Source: Psammoneis japonica | Lineage: Eukaryota | Length of the DNA: 64,000 nt | Assembly (NCBI GenBank): GCA_008632985.1 | Contig: QPGO01000054.1 | Location: 124,001-188,000, forward strand | Direction: 5' to 3' | Shown here: positions 59,930 through 64,000 of the stretch, piece after piece | How the letters are laid out: the number at the start of each line of letters is the position of its first letter | Numbering within the stretch: position 1 is the first letter of the stretch | The notes under the pieces: generated by a model | Databases searched by the model: none | Seen by the model: only the letters and a program-made list of their open reading frames with translations | What the model was told of the DNA's origin: nothing | Translations under genes and position numbers: made by a program

Positions 59930-62900
59930 CATGTGTTAGCACACGGGTTTTGCCAGTTGGCACTGTGTTTTTACTTACGAGAAAATAGATGTTATGACAT
60001 TATGCTATGACCTCTCGTGTCAGGGGTTGGAGTGTTGGACCAGAGCTTGAGAATGGAATGAATCATCCGCAGCGCCCCAAGAATGACAGCAGTGTTGGGG
60101 GCAAGGAATGAACACAAACTTGTTTCAACCCCAACACTCTACACTGATTTGCCAAATTGGTTGAACCAGAGGTCACATGGCTTTGTCACTCTTTGTTTTT
60201 TGTTCTCATAGATTGTGTTCCATTGTCTCTTTGACCTCTCACACCACTGGACAAATCGTGTGGCAGTGCAAACACAGATGCAATGCACATGGTGTGAAAA
60301 GGCGGCTTGTTGCACCTCTCGCTCCGCATCTTTTTCACACCAAGGGGTGCAGACTTTCATGGATTCTCATCTCTGTCAATCTCTGTTCATTCTGCTTTCA
60401 TGAGTTCTTTCTGCTTGTTGGACGACGACATCCCGTTGACCGCAACAAAAGCGACAAAGTTCATCATGGCAACCGTCCAGTCAGAAGGAAGTGGCATCAA
60501 ATGACAGGGGTCATCTGTTGGGACCAAAGGATCAACTCCACCAAACATCCCAAGACAGCACAGGTGAAGTGCACCAGCACATGCATTGGCCAGGAATCTC
60601 AAAAGATGGATGGGTGCTCGATCTTGAAAATGCACGAACAACAAACTGCAGATGCTTGCAAACCAAATGGCACACCATGCCATGACATTGATTTGGAAAT
60701 TAATGAGAACAGCCATGGCAAGACATTTTTTATGTTGCCTCCCCACTTGACCACATCTTCAAGCAGAGCCCATCATTCCTGCGTCCCACTCCTCCAAACG
60801 AATTGCTGGTGTCCAGTCCACAGCCAATGGACAGCATGAGCAGTGTGACAAATGAGCCACAAGCAAGACACTTGCCAAATGGGAGACAGTGTTGATGGTG
60901 GATTCTTTCATGGTGTGAATCTCATTGTGTTGTGGTTCTGTCAGGTTGTGGTTTTTGGTTGTCCTGTTAGACAGGGCCCTGGGTGAGCGATGATGTCATT
61001 GGAGGGATGCCATGTCATGCAAGGCATTGCACAGACCCAAGTCAAAGTGCAAACTTGCAAGACAATGGAACACTCATTGCACACATGTGCACGTGACACA
61101 TCCTGTTGTTGGACCAGTGCATGATTGGGACAGAAAGAATTCACCTGTGGATCTGACATTTCCTTGCAGCAACAAGTCAAGCACAAAACTCTGAAATTGT
61201 CTCATTTTTCGTCCCATTGTCTCTTTGTGTCCACAGGAGACTCCTCTGCTGAAGCACTTGTGGCTGAGCCATGACAGCAGAGGATGTGGGAAGAGAGGAG
61301 CCAATCTGCTGCACAGTCTGACAAAGGACTCAATCTCAGTGAGTTGCCACTGCAGAAGCTGACTCCATGGAGTCACACCGTGACAAGCATGCCACTGTGC
61401 ACCCGATTGAGAGCCAGCAGAGCTGGGCTGCCACATGAGAGACAGGGTGGCAACAACCAGCAGTGCAGCAGCACCTCCCTTCAGCAGGATCTGAGTGAGA
61501 CCAGAGGATGCCTGGAGAAAGTGGTGGTGTTGCCACCTGCATCAAGATGACAGTGAACAAGAACTTCCTCATCACTGGTGCTGGTGCTGCATTTCAAAGA
61601 GGAGCACTGCCACATCATCTTCTGATCCAGAGTCAGTGCCCAGCAAATGACCCAACAAAGATGCCTCTGGGCTGCAGCAGCAAGCAGCAATGACAATGCT
61701 GCAGCTGAAACCACACAAAACTTGGTTGCAAGAATGGGCATGCCACAACCTTCACCATGTCACACACAACATGTTGGCAAACAAAGAAACACTTGTGAAA
61801 ACCACCAAAGCCACAGCTGCGTGCACAAGACATGAGCACATTGTTGAGAAAATCTGTGGTGTCAAGGAGACAAAGCAACTTAACTGCAGTTGTGCAGCCC
61901 AACTGCTGGTGTTTGCCACCAACATCACATGAGAGCAAAAGAAGAGTGCACCAAGACATCTTGTCATGCACCTCAAGCAGCAGACATGGGATGGCATCAT
62001 CAAAGGCTGAGGCTGCACCAGTGGGAGAGAAAACACAGTGTCTTTGGAAGGCCAAAGAAGAGATGTCAGCACTGCAACCAACCAAGCTCTGCTCCTGTCC
62101 TCAGTGATGGGTGCCAGGAAAGATGAGATGTGATGTGATGGTTGACACTCCTGGAGTGTCCATGCACTTGGATAGGATGAGCTGCTTTGCTTGCATTCAG
62201 AAGGTGAGGTGGCTGAGCCACTCTGTCAGATGGTTCCCAAAAAGTGCAGAAAATGCACTGTGATGGAGAAAAGAAATCTTGTGCAACTGTGTGCTGAGCT
62301 GGGGCTCTGCAGAACAACTGTCCTTCTTCCTCTGCAAGGATTTGGGCATCAAGGTCAACTCCTCAGCACATGTGCTGGCTGATGTGTCACTGGGTGAGCT
62401 GAGCACTCTGGTGGATGGCACTGCTCCCCTGCCCAACTCAAAAGGTGAGAGGCAGTGCACAACATCTCCAAGACCATGAGCAGTCACACACAGGAGTTGT
62501 CATTGATGTTTGGCCAGTGCATCCAGCTGTTGAAGAGTCACTTGAAAGGGGGAGTGATGTCTGGACTGAGATTGCAACATGACCACCAATGTGGATGGCC
62601 AGACAACTGGAGCTAATCTGAAACTGTGTGGTGCAAAAACAAGTCTGTCAGAGCTCAGTGCACACCATCATTGATGCCAAACTTGACCCACTCACCTTCT
62701 GTCAAAAGCCTGTCACATGGCAGATGTGGGCAACTGTGACTGACAAGGCAAAAGATCTGATTGGGCAGGCATTGTGTCAAGCAGTGCCCAGCTGGGCAGA
62801 TCAAGGCTCACCCTGACAGGGTGATGGTGACCTCCCAACCACATGAGAGCAAGAAATCTAAGCCAAAACAGCTGCAAAAAACAAGTGTGTCACAGCCCCA

Positions 62901-64000
62901 TGTTCTCCTCACTTGGCAGTGGTTGGTGTGCCAATGTGGCAACCTGGTGGCTGATGTCAAGAACAAGCACACCAAGGTTTAAAAGACAAGTGCCCAACAA
63001 CACTCAAGAGGGCCTTCAACTGCATCTTCTTCTTTGTCCCACCCAAACATGGCTCTGCAGTTCAAAGCTGCAGCAGCCTTTCTTGCCACCAAACCCACCA
63101 AAAGAACACTGTGATTTATGCCAGGATGCAAAACAGGTCAAGGAAGGTGAGTGCAGTGGAGGAGGTGACCACAGTGCTGTTGTCAGAGCACTGGACAAGG
63201 CAGAGGATGACCAAGCCAAACAACCAGGGATCCAATCATGAAAAGAGAACACAGATGTGTGGGCTGCCCAGCCAGCTCCTTCCAGATGGCTTAGATGGTC
63301 TGGAGGAGAATCTGAAGGCTGCTCACTCACCCCCCTCTTGAGAGGCAGTGCTGCCATCTCACCTGCACAGTGCCCAGCCATGCCTCACAAGCAACAACAA
63401 GAAGCTCCTGACAGATGTCCATGACACACCTCCTCATTGGCTGTGCATGATGTGCTGCAATGCTTGCACCAGTCAGGACTGCCAAACTTTGAGGCTGGCA
63501 TTGGGATTTCCCCATGGCCAGCAGTTTGGGGTGTCATTTGACAGTGCTGAGGACAATGCCCCTGTGCCCCACATGATGCCAAAGGGCATGTGCAACACAG
63601 CTCAACCCCACTGGCTGAGCATGGCATGTGCACATTGCCTTTGTCCCACCCCACAAAGACTTGATGGCTCTCATCAGCCAAGTCTCTGCCACAACCCAAC
63701 TCACTGCACCTGTGCATGCAGGTGCTGTCAAGGCCTGCTGCCACCACACACAAAACATTGCGATGTTCCCCTCTGACAGGATGCCCAATCACACAGCAAA
63801 CAAGAGCCAGCGCTGCTGAGCTGCCCAGTTGCCTGGCACAATGTTGCAAGTGCACACAGCAAATTTGTGTTTTTGGCCTCAACATCAGTGCGCTGGAAGG
63901 AAATGTGGCACATTGTCAAGGGCTCCCAGCTCAAGGCATGTGTGGTGGTGTGCGCTGCTCATCAAACCTGCAGACACATGCACCAGAACCTCACTCTCTG
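59930..64000. mobile_element. hypermutated repeat block running off the window end; possible Ty3/Gypsy integrase relic near 60490-60760
   Basis: Depleted of CpG and TpA. HQHMHWPGISKD...CRC resembles the integrase zinc-binding YWPGxxKD motif (weak). Confidence 0.75.

Overview
This is eukaryotic nuclear DNA, most likely from a diatom or related stramenopile. That assignment is inferred from short GT-AG introns, a GTPase Era with a signal-plus-transit-type leader, and LRR and transposon families typical of diatoms. The window is a mosaic of two compartments. (1) Gene-rich segments at ~1-1430, ~21150-41000 and ~43750-59930 carry RPS15A, a GT32-like glycosyltransferase, a longin R-SNARE, a CENP-P-like protein, a RING-H2 ligase, IleRS, an LRR membrane protein, an LYR protein, a disrupted nuclease-kinase gene, a DUF3128 protein, clathrin heavy chain, Era, a selenocysteine glutathione peroxidase with a 3' SECIS, and an M16C peptidase. 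(2) Sharply bounded blocks of decayed repeats at ~1435-21145, ~41200-43740 and ~59930-64000 contain Plavaka-type transposase, non-LTR and captured host-gene relics and satellites. The most striking signal is that these blocks have lost both CpG and TpA in favour of TpG/CpA, and relic proteins show Arg->Cys/His and Tyr->Cys/His changes. This points to repeat-targeted hypermutation that includes A->G changes at TpA, the opposite of fungal RIP. Short islands near gene 5' ends show the mirror-image composition (TpA-rich, nearly free of CpA/TpG). A tandem pair of structured ncRNA candidates and an intronic H/ACA-like RNA are also noted. Family assignments come from motif recognition by eye; no database searches were run.
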